Below are positions 1 through 12,500 of a stretch of DNA of 64,000 nucleotides, piece by piece. The DNA comes from Phallusia mammillata (Eukaryota): positions 16,368,001-16,432,000 of the forward strand of contig OZ281494.1 of the NCBI GenBank assembly GCA_965637545.1, written 5' to 3'. Every line of letters starts with the position of its first letter. Positions within the stretch are counted from its first letter, which is position 1. The notes beneath the pieces are model-generated. The model made no database searches. It had not been told where the DNA came from and saw nothing but the letters and a program-made list of their open reading frames with translations. Position numbers and translations under genes: made by a program.

Positions 1-15
1 GGACAAATAATTTAC

Positions 16-1604
16 CTGCACTGGTGTATTGCTTTGTTGTTTTAGCGGAACATAGTTGGTTGTCCAGTTTACTCGAATGGTGTCAGGGTTGCAAGTAGAA
101 GGGCGGGCGTTTACTGTAACTAAAAGCAAGCAAATTTAATAAAAGAACGCTCGAAGTTTGAAAAACTTATCTGTTGAGCAACTTATATGAAAGAAACGGC
201 AAGCACTGTCTTCAGCAGCTTTTTTTTCGATAACTACTAATTGAGTAAACAATATTAGGAACTGAGGATACGTAAAACAAATTAGCTAACTGTAACTTAC
301 AACCATCGATTATATATTATTATACGTCTTGCAAACAAACACCAGACAGAAGATTGTTTCGGGGATTCGCAAGAAAAGGGTTTAAGACCACTGTATCACA
401 GCGTAGGGAAGTATTATCTTTAGTATCATGGTTCATTGTAACTTACATTCTAACTGACACGCATAATACCCATATACACCAGCACACTTCTTTGAGGTAT
501 CTACCCAAGCTTGTTTATATTGCAGTGCGCTTTGCATGCAATCCGCTGAATCAGGCTGTGTTGCTTGATAAGTTTCCACAAAAACTCTAAAAACTGAAGA
601 AAAAAACAATTATTTTATTTTAGATGTTTTAAATTTATTACTAAAGAGTTTCAACAAAACAATTGTGAGTTGTATTCACAATAACGCTAAGATCTTTTCT
701 ACTCTTGAACTTACCAGGTAAGAACAAAGATTCCCATCTTATATAATACGGCATCGAATTGTTGTCTGTGCTTTTCAACATCGAAGAATGATCGTTTGCT
801 CGGTAATTAAAAACTTCCTTAAATTTTGTTACATCATTCCCTGTTCCACCATACAAAGCAAATCCCTGAGACCATCCTGGTGCAGAAAATTTTTGTTGCA
901 AAAATAGGCGGTTTTCAAAACGTGTTATAATTCACCTCCTTCATCATTGCAATTTGTTTTTGATGTTATCCACCACCTTTTATTTTGTATGTGGTCCTGT
1001 ATTCTGCAAAATTTTACCGGCTTCAATCCCGTACCACTTCTGTAACAATGGTAACTTGTTATGATGTCTGTAGTAATTTTAACTTAATGCTTACGTTTTA
1101 TACAAATGAATAACTTTTGTAAAGTTCTGGGGTTGCGTGGTAAAATACCCCAGTTTTGCTCCACCAATGTTTGATATCCATACATTCTGTACATCTACAA
1201 ATAATCATGAAATAATATGATTCTACAAATAATACAAATAAAACAATTTACGCCTTGTTTGTTAAGGGCGACAGAACAACCTGATTTCAACTATTTAAGC
1301 GTCTACACCAACCTCCTAAATACATTTTAGTTGCAGTGCTGATGAGGCTTTCACGAACGGTTGGATTGGAAATATTGGCAATTCGACCTCCTTTTTCAGC
1401 ACATCTTAATTTTGCTGTGTTTCCATCGACAACTTCTGTTGACAATTTGAACACATGATTTCCAACACTGAACCCGGAGTTGCACGTTTCTGGTGAAGCA
1501 AATGATTAGTTTACTTATTTTCTTAATAAAACCTAATTTAAGTTTGATATACCTTGAGCATGTGCCCCATAACCTATCATTAACAAAAGCAGAAGGATTT
1601 CCGT
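16..1604 (-). CDS. Gene Y1 (5' part, runs off the window's left edge): CTLD-like/FN3 type-I receptor, near-identical to Y2; start codon is ACG instead of ATG
   Basis: Hand-spliced exons: signal peptide (T)EILLLLLMIGYGAHAQG; ETCNSGFSVGNH...CAEKGGRIAN; DVQNVWISNIGG; exon 936-1039; GWSQGFALYGG...LFLP; exon 447-593 QPDSADC...[20 protein letters not shown]; FN3 start exon 16-119. All junctions are GT-AG and phase-compatible. Confidence 0.8.
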
Positions 1605-3327
1605 TGTACCAGTTCTGTAAGCAACTTAGCACCTAAGCCTCTTATCCATATTCATAACAAGGAAATGCAGTTCTAAATGATGCTGAAAATTTTGGCAGCC
1701 TCACTTATTCTTTAGTGCTACTACATGCGTCACCTTTGGGAAAGTATTGTTTCTCCTTCACGGAAGCATCGGTTTCACGACGTCATTAAATGATGAATCA
1801 TTAAAATGTGGTGCGCCACTTTCATAAGAGTAGTGGCAACTTTTATCATAACACTTACTGTTTAAGAAACCTTTTATCTGATCCTCATACCGTTACAAGG
1901 AAAATAGGCATAAGGAATGCTCAAGATTTCGGCTGGGCTGCGACTTCAAACTTACTTTCGCCCCCTTCTGGAAAGTTTTAGCACATGCTTGATGGCAATT
2001 TAGAATAAAACCAACTACTGTTAGTGACTACAATGTGCCTTAACATTTATTCTGGTAAGACAAATAATGTGTTCACTTATTTTCTTTACAAAACCCTCAG
2101 TTTTTATCTTGCGAAATAATAATAACAAAGGCAGAATATTTATGATTGCAACTACTTTCTTTTGATTTGCTCTAAGAAACCGTACATCTATTTCTTAAAG
2201 CATCAACAACAAGGAAATGCAGTCAAGGGGAATGCCAAACATTCCCGTTTGACCATGTTTGGCGACGATGCAGCAATGTTTTGTGGTGCGTCATGTCATT
2301 GTCATTCATACCTTGAAGTAGACACAAGCGGAAAATGGTTTTAAGTTGGTACATAAACATCTTACTTATAATCACACATTCCTGGTAAATTTGGAAACTA
2401 GACCCAACCGAAATTTAAAATAAAATTGACTACCAAGTTGGTGAAAAGCGTTTGGCTTGACAATAGCCATGACAATAAGTTGGAGTTCAAAAAGTTTATT
2501 TAACTTTTGGTAAAACTTGCTTTCAGACTACGCTAGAGGTATAGCAATTGTCAGAATGACACGATTGTTGTTTCTACTATCTTTACGGCAAACTTTTTTT
2601 GCTTCTGATACCTTTCAGTAAACATTTTTAAGTCGTCTTCCTTTTTTTGTTTGTTTATACTCTAAGATTTGAGGGATACATAAAACCTTTAAACGAAGCC
2701 AGTATCTTTAAATAAAGTTGACAAGTTTTAATGCGAGTAAAAAAATTGCAACTGCTTGGTGGCGTTTTATAACAAATCATTTTCTGGCATTTCGATATTC
2801 TGCTTAAGCGCAGACCACGAAGTCAATTTTTAAACTTCCAAGACATTGGCTACCACACAATCTTCCACAGCAGTTGTTAACCATTTCTTTTCACTGGCAA
2901 TTTCCAAACATAAATTGTTTGATCTCTTTAGTAGCACAACACCTCCGACTGTGTGTGAATTCAATTGTAAGTTATTGGTTGTTATTCGAATTTGATGCTG
3001 CCAAGATTTCATGTTAAACGTACTGAATTTTATTCACGTTATTTTACTTTCGACAAACAGTTTAATGATCAATTAATATAGATTCTTTGTTCCAAAAGAG
3101 TAAAACAGAGATATTTTGAAAGTTGTTGATAACTTATTCTTTATTTTCATAATTTTAGTGCTGCTTATAATTATTAACAAATACAAATTCAAAACATAAT
3201 TGTTTTGTCGTTTTGACAATCATAATAATAAAACATGCTGACGTTTCGTTCAATTTCAAATTGAAGGAAAAGTTGTAGTAAAGTGATACATTTATGGATA
3301 AAATAGCGATGATAAAAAGCGTCACAC

Positions 3328-6300
3328 TTAATAATTTTCATACACAAAAACTTTGTTAGGTTCTTCGTAATGATGGCAGTAATCTGTAAAACAACATGTC
3401 GGTAATGGGTTCTGAGGCTTTGGTAGGTGGCGCAAAGGGTTCAATTATTGATTACCAGCCATACATGGGTGACGATTTTAGGTTAGAAACTAAATGTTTA
3501 AAGTTAGTTTAATGCTAGTTAAATATTAATATATGCAAACTGATTAACTATATGCGCTAGTATTTTTTGAGTAATATCATTTTAAATGTGTTTTAGTCGT
3601 CTTTGCACTACTTACCGAAATTAAGCAAAATATGAGGCTGCCGCGACGTACGGTGATATTACAATTTTGGTACCTTAGCCAAAAATTGATAAGCTAAAAA
3701 ATGTCACAGAGAGCGGAATAACCAAATTACCAGTAAGACAGCGGTTGGGAACTTATTTTATAGAAAATTTAAAAGTATGCTTACAAATAGGAGCAAGTGC
3801 TCTTTACAATAAAACATATTGGTATTTAGTAAATTTGCACGGTTTGGTGTTGTTGTATTTTCTTTACTAAAGGCACATATGTGACAAAACACCGCACAAT
3901 TTGTAGGTATATACTTATACCTTTGTTGTCTGGTGCTGTGTTAATATATTCAGGTTGCCTGATGTCGACAGTCTCATATCCATCATCCCCTACATACGAA
4001 AAATATTTTAAAAAGAATTATAGTTAAAAAGTAAAAATTATTAGAAAGTAAAGTCTACAACAATGAAATGCTGATGTTTAAAAATCAAATTGGGCAAAGT
4101 AAAAACGTTTTACAAAGGGTTGCTGTATGATAAGTCAAGTAAGTTATATCGTTTTGGTAATATACTTGTAATTTCTCATTTAACCGGTAGGCCTATGTTT
4201 TGTGTACAAAACAAATTTGTGTTTTTTATTTATTAAAACCAAATACTATTTACCTTGAACGGTTTGCGGTATTATGGTGGGAGTTACTTGATTTCTTTTT
4301 CTAAAACAGATTTTTGTAATCGTTTGTAGCTTGAGGCTATATTGTTCAAGTTTGTTACAATTGCATTAAAATATTGCGGAAATACAGTTAAAAAATGAAA
4401 ATTTGCTTACCTGGTCAATATACAAACAACAACCAAAAGTAAAATGATCAGGACTAATCCAGCGACAGCACTTACTGCGTAAATGTACGCAGGCGTTTCT
4501 ACAATAAATGTTTGAGATACTCTCAATGTTTTTGAGTTTCGATCCCGTAAAAAATATTTAGAAAGTTTTACCAGTAACGTTTTTGCTTCCCGAAATGTTG
4601 ATGCCACAACTTCCTTGCATCAAACGTGCATTACTTTCTTTACCACACATGGTAATTGCGGATATCTATAAAATGTAAAGTACAAATGGGCTATGTTTGT
4701 TGAATTAACAAAAATTAAAAACTGTAGTTATTGAGCACTTGCCGCACAAAACGTATTAATAAAATAGAGTCGCCGCTTTTATAATACGAAATATAAAGTG
4801 GGAAGATTTTTGCGTAGGTGGCAATTCAGGCCTTTGGCGCACGCACGTTCTAGCACCAAAGTGAAATTACGAAGCAACTGTGCCATAGCTGGAAAGACCA
4901 GCCAGAGCTTCTGGCAGTCAATGGTCGGTACACATTTTTGCATTGCGCAAAATGGCAATATTATCCTGCACTTCGGTATGTAGGCCCAAATCATATTCGG
5001 TGAAAAGTAGACGTGCCTCTTTCTTTCGTAACAGAAGAATGAAAAATATTGGGAAGGGTAAATACACAGGGTGTAACTGCTTTGTAGGAGAGAATTCTAC
5101 CAACCGCTCGAAATGACCAGGGGTTAAACTGCATTTTAAGATTTACCTCAAATGGTCTGTCAAACTTGTTCCCTTGTATCGTCAATTTAATTAAATGATG
5201 TGGAATGTAAGGCATCACCATTGAGTCATTTGTTCCATTCCCTTGTGAAATGCCGTAAATCTAGAAAGTCAAAAGTTAGTTGACAAGATTAGACATAAAA
5301 TGTCGTGTTATGCCCTTGACTTATTGTACCTAATTTAAATGTTCTAAACATTAGGCTACATGCAGCGGCTGTGTCACATTTCAACAGTTGTCTTTTTTTT
5401 GTTTCATGGGAGTCAAACAGTAAAATAATCTATCTTTTTCTGTAGTTAAATTTCAGACAAACTGCATTTACTTCATTCTGAGTTTTATTACCCTGAAATG
5501 GAAAACCGAAGCAAGCTGCATCTCGTCGTGATTAAGAATCTCAAGTGAACAATTTCCGATTTTGGATACTTTAGCCAAAACAAATGGAGGCGGCCTTTTT
5601 CGCTTGATTGTTTTCCCGGGTATAGTGTTTGATCGTATTTCAGTACAAGCGTCCAAACGCAAAATTGCCTGAAAAATATTTTTTGTACTGATACTAATTT
5701 TGTAAACAATTTGTTTTGCAATAGACACGCGCCGCGTAGGCCTACCGTTATATTGTATTGTTTTCCTGGTGACAAACTTGCCAAACCTGCACGAAAATTG
5801 TTGTAAGGTTGAGTAAAGGCCCCGTACGAAGTCGTATCTTCCGCAGCTCTGATCTGTGACAGAAAAGTTAAATTTGTTTACATTGCAACTCATGTTACAC
5901 CAAACTTGTCTCGAAAGGTTCAAGCTTATAAACAAATTCGGCAAATTTGGTCTAAGAAAAATACCCGGCAGAATGGAACTATGTACGTATTATATGCATG
6001 TAAACTCGTTTCTGACATTGTTGATATTGGGTAATGCATAAACTGTAACAATCATAAAAATTGCAGACCCATTGCTCGATTTTCGTAGAGAAGATGATGA
6101 ACGTTGTATAAAATCGCCTGTGTATAAACCTAGTAGTGGGACGAGATGTAATCGAAAGTTAACTTTACCTCAACCCTGGAGCTCTTGTTTCCTGGAAACA
6201 TGAAGTGGTTCCATTTGATTAGAACAGTTTCCGGGTTACATTTTGTCGACGTTGCATTAATTGTGACTGGGGACAGATAAGATTTGAAAGTTTTTGTGGT

Positions 6301-8794
6301 CTTTACAGCATGGTTCACTTTTAAAAAGGCTGGTTCCTTTATGTCAGGGGTGGGCAACCTTTGTCACTGTGGGGCCAAATGCAATTGCCAAAATTAGATC
6401 GCGGGCCCCACCTTTATATAACACAAGGTGATTTTACTTCGTTGCATACTAAAAATGCCTTACTACAAGTAAAATTCGCATTTGATTCTAGCAGCATATT
6501 GTCTGGTCGCAGAAAAATAGCACCGGGCGCACTAATCTGCTCAGAAAATATAACAATTGGACTCCTTTGCCAGTACATTTGAAACCAAAAAGTGTCTCTG
6601 CGGGCCGCACAACTTTAAACAATTGGCCGCAGGTTGCCCACCCCTGCTTTATGTTGTCCGTTAAAAATCCGTCATATTTCGCATGATTGCGCTATACTCT
6701 AAATTTACCAAAAACTCTTGAAATATTTTCACTTTAGTTGGTTTGTGACAAGGCAACGTTTAGGGAAGAATGACTTACATTGCAGTTGACAAACGTAGTA
6801 AGCTAATTTGCCATTGCAAGGGATGCTTTCCATTTTCCATGTGCTCCCATAGTGAAGCACTGCTTGCTGGCAGCCGTTCTGCTTGGCCGGTATCGCCAAA
6901 TAAGCACGAGATGTGTTACTCCAGCGCCAATTCTTTGTTTGTACATTGTACCTTGCTCCGAATATGACGTTGACCACTGTGAAATAAAAGTTTTATAAAA
7001 CATGGGCTTACTGGGCAACCGGACATTTTGTAAAAAAAACTTGAATTTACATATGTGTCATATTTAAAAAAAAGATTTTGCCTAATTGTTATATTAAGTT
7101 GGTTAACAATGTTTGGTTCTATTACCTGGAGTTAGAAATGGCAGAACAAGAGCGTCCTTTACAAATGTCTCGTTTACAGCTTTCCTGTAAAGTCGTGTTG
7201 AATAGTCTTTTTGAGGTACGACATAAAGTTTCTCGACGTATTTGTTCTCCTGTGTTGCCCCGTACATACTGAAATCTTGTTTCCAACCTTGAAGATGGCA
7301 ATTGGTGTTGTATGAATTTTACTACAATACGTGCTATCAATTTTAGAACACTGCAATACGCACCAAAATCGCAACTTGTGCCGACAAAAATTGCAAATTT
7401 CTCATATTTTTCATGACAAAATGAGATCCGAATTCGACCTTTCGCCCATCTGCGTTCAAAATAAGATATCAGATTGCAACAGCAGTCCAGAGCTGATTAG
7501 GCATCATTAACAAATTCAATGAAACTAACTTTAAAACTTAGTTTCTCATGTCAATTTTGTTGAAAACCTACTTCCTATCCCTATACTCTTGATTGGCTAA
7601 AAAAATAATTTAGTTCTTACAGAAATACAATTTTGCATCACTTAAAAACAGTAAAAGAATTATAAAACTTGTGTCACCAACATCTAAGCAAAAAAGGTTT
7701 ACGTTTTGAAAAGTTTGAAAGAGGCAATATCCGACGAGTTAGTTACTCTGCTCCACTGCGAAACGTGAGACAGACGAGAAAAACGGTAGCTTCCCTTCGA
7801 ATTGTGATATACGTAAACAGTTTGAATTTCTGCATGAAAATATGTTTTTAGTCATACTTGTCAAAAGTGTTAACAATCAATGATGCACAGAGCCCCTTCA
7901 AAACGATAAAGAACATTCGCCTAAAAGAATTAAACATTTCAGCGAAATTTGTCATAGATCCATCGTGGTTGGTTTCGCCCCGATTCGCAGAATATTTAGG
8001 CCAAACATATCATTCTGCAGTTACCACAAAACAAAGCGCGCCACATCTACACTAAAAAGAACTATGGCATGTTTGCGCACCAATTTTAATATAAACGCCA
8101 CTGTTTTCTAAACGGCAGCGACATTTCATTAATTCTTATTAAAACACTGAAAGAAAGTTTAAAATCGGCCAAGTCTTGCTAATGCTTAAAAAAGTGACAT
8201 TGTCAAATCCTAGTATAATTTACCTTGGGCGTATTTCAAATTGCTGGCACGCACGACTGCCTGAGTAATTGAACGGTTATCCAAGAATGCTAAACTGCCG
8301 TTCATATTGGAGCATTTCTTTTCAGCTGTTAAAGCATCGCTCATGAAATCTGATAGAACAAAAAGCCTGTTCCCGATTGAAGTGATTCCTCGACTACAGC
8401 CAGAAGCCATTGTTTGGGCTGCAAAAAAATCAACATTATCATCATCTTTTAATTCCTTCAGTTTTACGCGAAACCAAGTAAAACAATATTTTCTTAACAA
8501 CGTTTATAATGAGTTTTCGTAGTGTTTATTTTGATCGGCAGTAGATGTCGTAGCAAAGACTGGCACTCAAAAGCAATTAAAACTTAAAAATGGCGTTCCG
8601 CAAAGAACACGGTTTAAAAATCCGACTGTTTTTAACATCCCGAGTCATAGTAACGACTCGCAAAACTTTAGGATATCCTCTTTAAGGAAACTTACGTTTA
8701 GCTTGATAAAAATCTGACATTTATACTCACCTAAAACAACTCGTCGACAAAAACATGCCAAAAACAGAAATGTGCATCTGAATATAAATTGCAT
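3328..8794 (-). CDS. Gene X1: 15-exon type-I receptor with divergent double CTLD-like and FN3-like ectodomain, TM and a short multi-tyrosine tail
   Basis: Signal MQFIFRCTFLFLACFCRRVVLG; CTLD halves GCSRG...KKCSNMNGSLAFL and IFGARY...WRWSN...GCQQ...WKMESIPCNGKLAYYVCQ; FN3 LASLSPGKQYNIT; TM exon 4411-4498 YIYAVSAVAGLVLIILLLVVVCILT; tail GDDGYETVDIRQPEYINTAPDNKDYCHHYEEPNKVFVYENY*. All phases close without stops; extra micro-exons in the tail cannot be excluded. Confidence 0.8.
6345..6646. mobile_element. hAT (Charlie-type) MITE in an X1 intron
   Basis: TIR CAGGGGTGGGCAACCT / AGGTTGCCCACCCCTG with a perfect 8-bp TSD CTTTATGT; also present in copy B. Confidence 0.9.
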
Positions 8795-8953
8795 GTTGAC
8801 TTCTGTAGCTAAATTTCTGTTCACTCCTTCATTGTACTTCAATCAAAAGTAAACACTCTACTGGCGTACAAAGTTCTTAATTTTAGTTTGTTCGTAATTT
8901 TTCATTACAGGCTTCGCGCTACAAGGCGTAAACCATCGTGTGCTGTGTCATAA

Positions 8954-8961
8954 TGACGTCA
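8954..8961. promoter_or_regulatory. Palindromic CRE (TGACGTCA) ~160 bp upstream of the X1 ATG; conserved at 43550-43557 for X2
   Basis: Exact CRE match in both copies; function untested. Confidence 0.35.
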
Positions 8962-9527
8962 CACGAACGAAACTTGCACATACCAGGGAACCATGTACGT
9001 TTCAACAAATTACTTGTACAAAACGTGCCATTCTGTGCATTAAAAACATCATCATCAAAAATCTGCTTTAAAACAATAATTCTCATAAAAAATATATCGA
9101 TGAAGCAAAGAAATATTCATGAAGACGGAAACGGAGACACAATGCCAAAACGTGATAAATCGCAAAAAGTAAAGGTTACAGTGTCTGATTCAAGGGCAAA
9201 TAGTTTGTAGCCATGCCATCGTAAGATAACGTTATATCACGAGAGTTTCACATTGATGCAAGGACGGAAAGAGAGTACATTGACAGATCTGGTCGGGCTA
9301 TGGTAAACCAACCGGTCGAGAAAATGTGTTTTGCGTCATATCGAATGTGGCGTAACCGCGTAAACAAAACTTGCACGTTGCAGAAAATCATGAGCTTACT
9401 AATAAATGTTCGTTGTTTAATTTTCCAATAGCATATATAGATAAATCAAACTTTCACCACAAAACAACGCACACAGCGAAAATAGAGTAACACAGTCAGA
9501 CCACGTTTGGGATTTTCTGCCACATCC

Positions 9528-12500
9528 TTATCGGTAGTTCGCGTATAAGTCGAATGAAGAAAGATAGCCCAAAACGACACGATAACAATACTTGTACAAG
9601 TTCTGCAAAACGACACATTATTCTGTAATTATTTGACTCTCAGTTTTCATGTTGTATACTTAATATGATTATTTGCTAACATACCTCATTGTCCACCATT
9701 TTTGGTCTCATATCCCTCAAGTCCTTCACTGTTCTGAACACATCCACTCTGTTCTCAGTCTTCAAGCGTTCAAGAATATTTACAAGTGCAATGAAGGTTC
9801 CTGTCCGGGTACATCCGTTGCTGCAAGAAGTTGGTTTTTAGATTTGGATAAAATGAACTTTGTTTTGACTTCATAGTATTTACCTGCAGCACGCTAGTAT
9901 ACTGCCTTCTTGTCGTGAAGGGTTTGTTGCCAAAGTCAAGTTTATTATTTCTATCATAGTGGAATCGCTGGGTGGCAACTCATCCTTCATCCACCCGGTT
10001 ACTTGTATCATAATCAAGTTTGAAACACCCTGTTGACGAATGGATTTAATAGCAAAATGTAACAATAAGTGTTCAAAAATACTTGTTATGCAATAATAGA
10101 AATTGCAAATTCCAGTAATCTCTTGATTTTCGATACTATTATTGTAAGCACGCCAAAAAGTTGGCATGCCTTGCGAGGGCCAGAGATCTATTTGTGTTTG
10201 GGGTAGTTTGATAATGTACTGTTCACGTACCAAATGTTTTAATTTGGATGAAACTGTCACTGGTACAACTTGATAACCGTTGTAGCTTTTTGATTTTCCC
10301 GAGGCCACTTGTATCTCTCCATACTGTATAACTTCGCCATCTCTTGCAACCTGTACGTAAACACCAAACAACTAATAGGAAATTGCGCTTCTAAAGAGTT
10401 TGTTTACCCTTTGGTTACTTCCTAGTGAAACGATGACTGATAGATTTTTGTTCAATACAATCATCCAAAACTCTTCATCATTAACGCCAGGTTGGTAAGA
10501 TGCAGAAATGAAACTCTTTGAACAACCAAGATCCTAAAATAAAACGGCGGAAATTTTGATTGACGAGCATCAAACGAAAGTTTACAGAGAAACTTTGAGC
10601 ATCAAGCGATTGTTCACACAAAAAACAATAGCGTATGTAAAGATCTCATCTAAACTTAGACAAGCTACTTTCGACAAAGATACGTACACCACTTATATAG
10701 CTGGGTGCACAAGTTGCTTGGTAAGTCGTGGGCCATTAGTAAGGCATTGTAATGAATGGCGATTGGTTTCGAGTGTAACCATAAAGTGTAACCATAATTT
10801 TTTCCTTAAAAACATACAAAACAATTCGTTTATTAACAGTTCTACTAACCTGAATATACGAACTGGTTGCCATCGTTTCCCCACTGCTTCCTGTTTTACC
10901 TGCAACAGGTAACATTAGTAAGCCCTTTAACGAACGCGTCGAATTCAATATTAATTGTCTACCTTTGTTACTTGCGTCGCTGCTGTACTGCCAAGAAGCC
11001 AGCTGCTTGTGCTCTTCTTTTGCTATTTTATTCCTAACCACAACGCCAGTTTTATTTAAAAAGCAAGTTAATGTCGTATATAGCTACTTACAGTTGATCA
11101 GTATTAAAGCTTTGCAATTCCGCAGCCGATCTGTCGCTGTTAGGGAGTGATATATGTTCGACAATAAGTTTGTGAATGAAGACAAACTGTTCCTGAGAGC
11201 AAAATAAATTTGGCTTTGAATTTGATTGCACCCTTTACTTAACAAATATATGTTTGATTTTACTAACCCACGATTGAACCATATCAGTTCTATTCCTTCT
11301 CATTGCTAGAACCGTATTTGGAACATTAACTTCCCTATTGGCATCAAGTTGATCAAAAAGAACGTCCATTGCAATGAAAGTTCCAGTGCGACCAACCCCA
11401 GCACTGGAAGTGAAAGCGGTACAATAACTAAGTGTCCAAAACAAATTAAAAGGTTTCAACAAACCTGCAATGAACGACAATCGGATGAATTCTATCGTGA
11501 ATTTTCTCCACCATTTCACGCAAGTATATCATTGTGGACGTTGTTACCGGGATTCCGTGGTCTGGCCAAGATATGTACTGCAGCTGAACTACAATGCGTT
11601 CCTTCTAGATAAGCCAAGTTCGTGGAAAACTGTAGGCTAACATGTGAGCAAATACAAACCTTTTTCTTGTCTGTTAGGATGAATTTTCGCTGAATGATGC
11701 CACTTAGTTTGTTTTCTTCTGTGGTGCGCAACGTGAGATTACCGTGTTGTTCAGCTTCCCCATGGTTTGGCCAGTATTTCTCGCACTTTTTCTAAACAGA
11801 ACACAACTTGACAAATATGGGTAGAACAAAGCTCTTTTGGCTTTAGGTTGTATTTTAATGAAGCGTTTTCCGGAAGAAAAAATACGTAAACAAACAGTCT
11901 TTACTATGTTTATTTAACATACTTATGATCATTGTACAAAACGTGTAGCAACTGAGTTACGAAAATTATATGTGTGTCTATACCTTTTCCTTTTCCTTTA
12001 ATCCTGTAAGCATAACGATGATCGATGTGTTTTGTTCCCAAATCATCAGCCAAAAGTCATCCAAGGTGCAATTTCTTGGTCCTTGTGTGGCTATAAATTT
12101 GTTTGGCTGATCAAAGCCCTGTTAGGAAAGTTTAGGTTATAATTAAAAACTAGCCTGTGCTTAAAGTTAATCCATTGATTACTCACATCAAGAAAAGAGG
12201 CGTTGATGTAGTCATTTTCAGGTGCAGTTTGCAGCACAACTCTAGCATGATCATCTAGAAACAACAACAAAAATAGATCTTTTGTTTGTTAAGAGCTTGT
12301 TAATACAAGTAATTGTAAGTTTTGCCCGTATAACAAAGCAATAATAATTGTCAAATAATTTTAAATTTAATAGTTTAGTGATAAAGAAATTTCATGTGAT
12401 CTTTCAGCGATAGCTAAATTTGTTCCAAGTTAAGCTGTTTATAGCTCCGTGTTATGTGCAAACGTTTCAATTCAACATGAAAAAATGTTTTGTAGAAGAA

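Noticed and set aside
4700-5140. Overlapping 61-71-aa ORFs in X
   Set aside because: The flanking exons join in phase 0 and match paralog exons without this segment; it is treated as intron.
7930-8020. Candidate exon 3 of X (YVWPKYSANRG...)
   Set aside because: In-frame TGA right after the acceptor and a 1-nt indel between copies; the phase-compatible exon is at ~7697-7827 (EIQTVYVY...FKLFKT).
8795-9527. Operon-like P-to-X polycistronic unit
   Set aside because: The 730-bp spacer holds a candidate polyA signal and its own CRE/TGCGTCA motifs; independent transcription is simpler, though not excluded.
9880-10371. 163-aa ORF as a single exon
   Set aside because: The middle part is frameshifted in P2 (44481-44976) and is bounded by GT/AG sites; only the two ends match PTP D2, so it is two exons plus an intron.
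10540-10830. Extra D2 exon (GYTRNQSPF...)
   Set aside because: Stop in the required frame, and SSYIQ joins DLGCSKSFI in phase, matching the YINAS-GY-FIATQ pattern.
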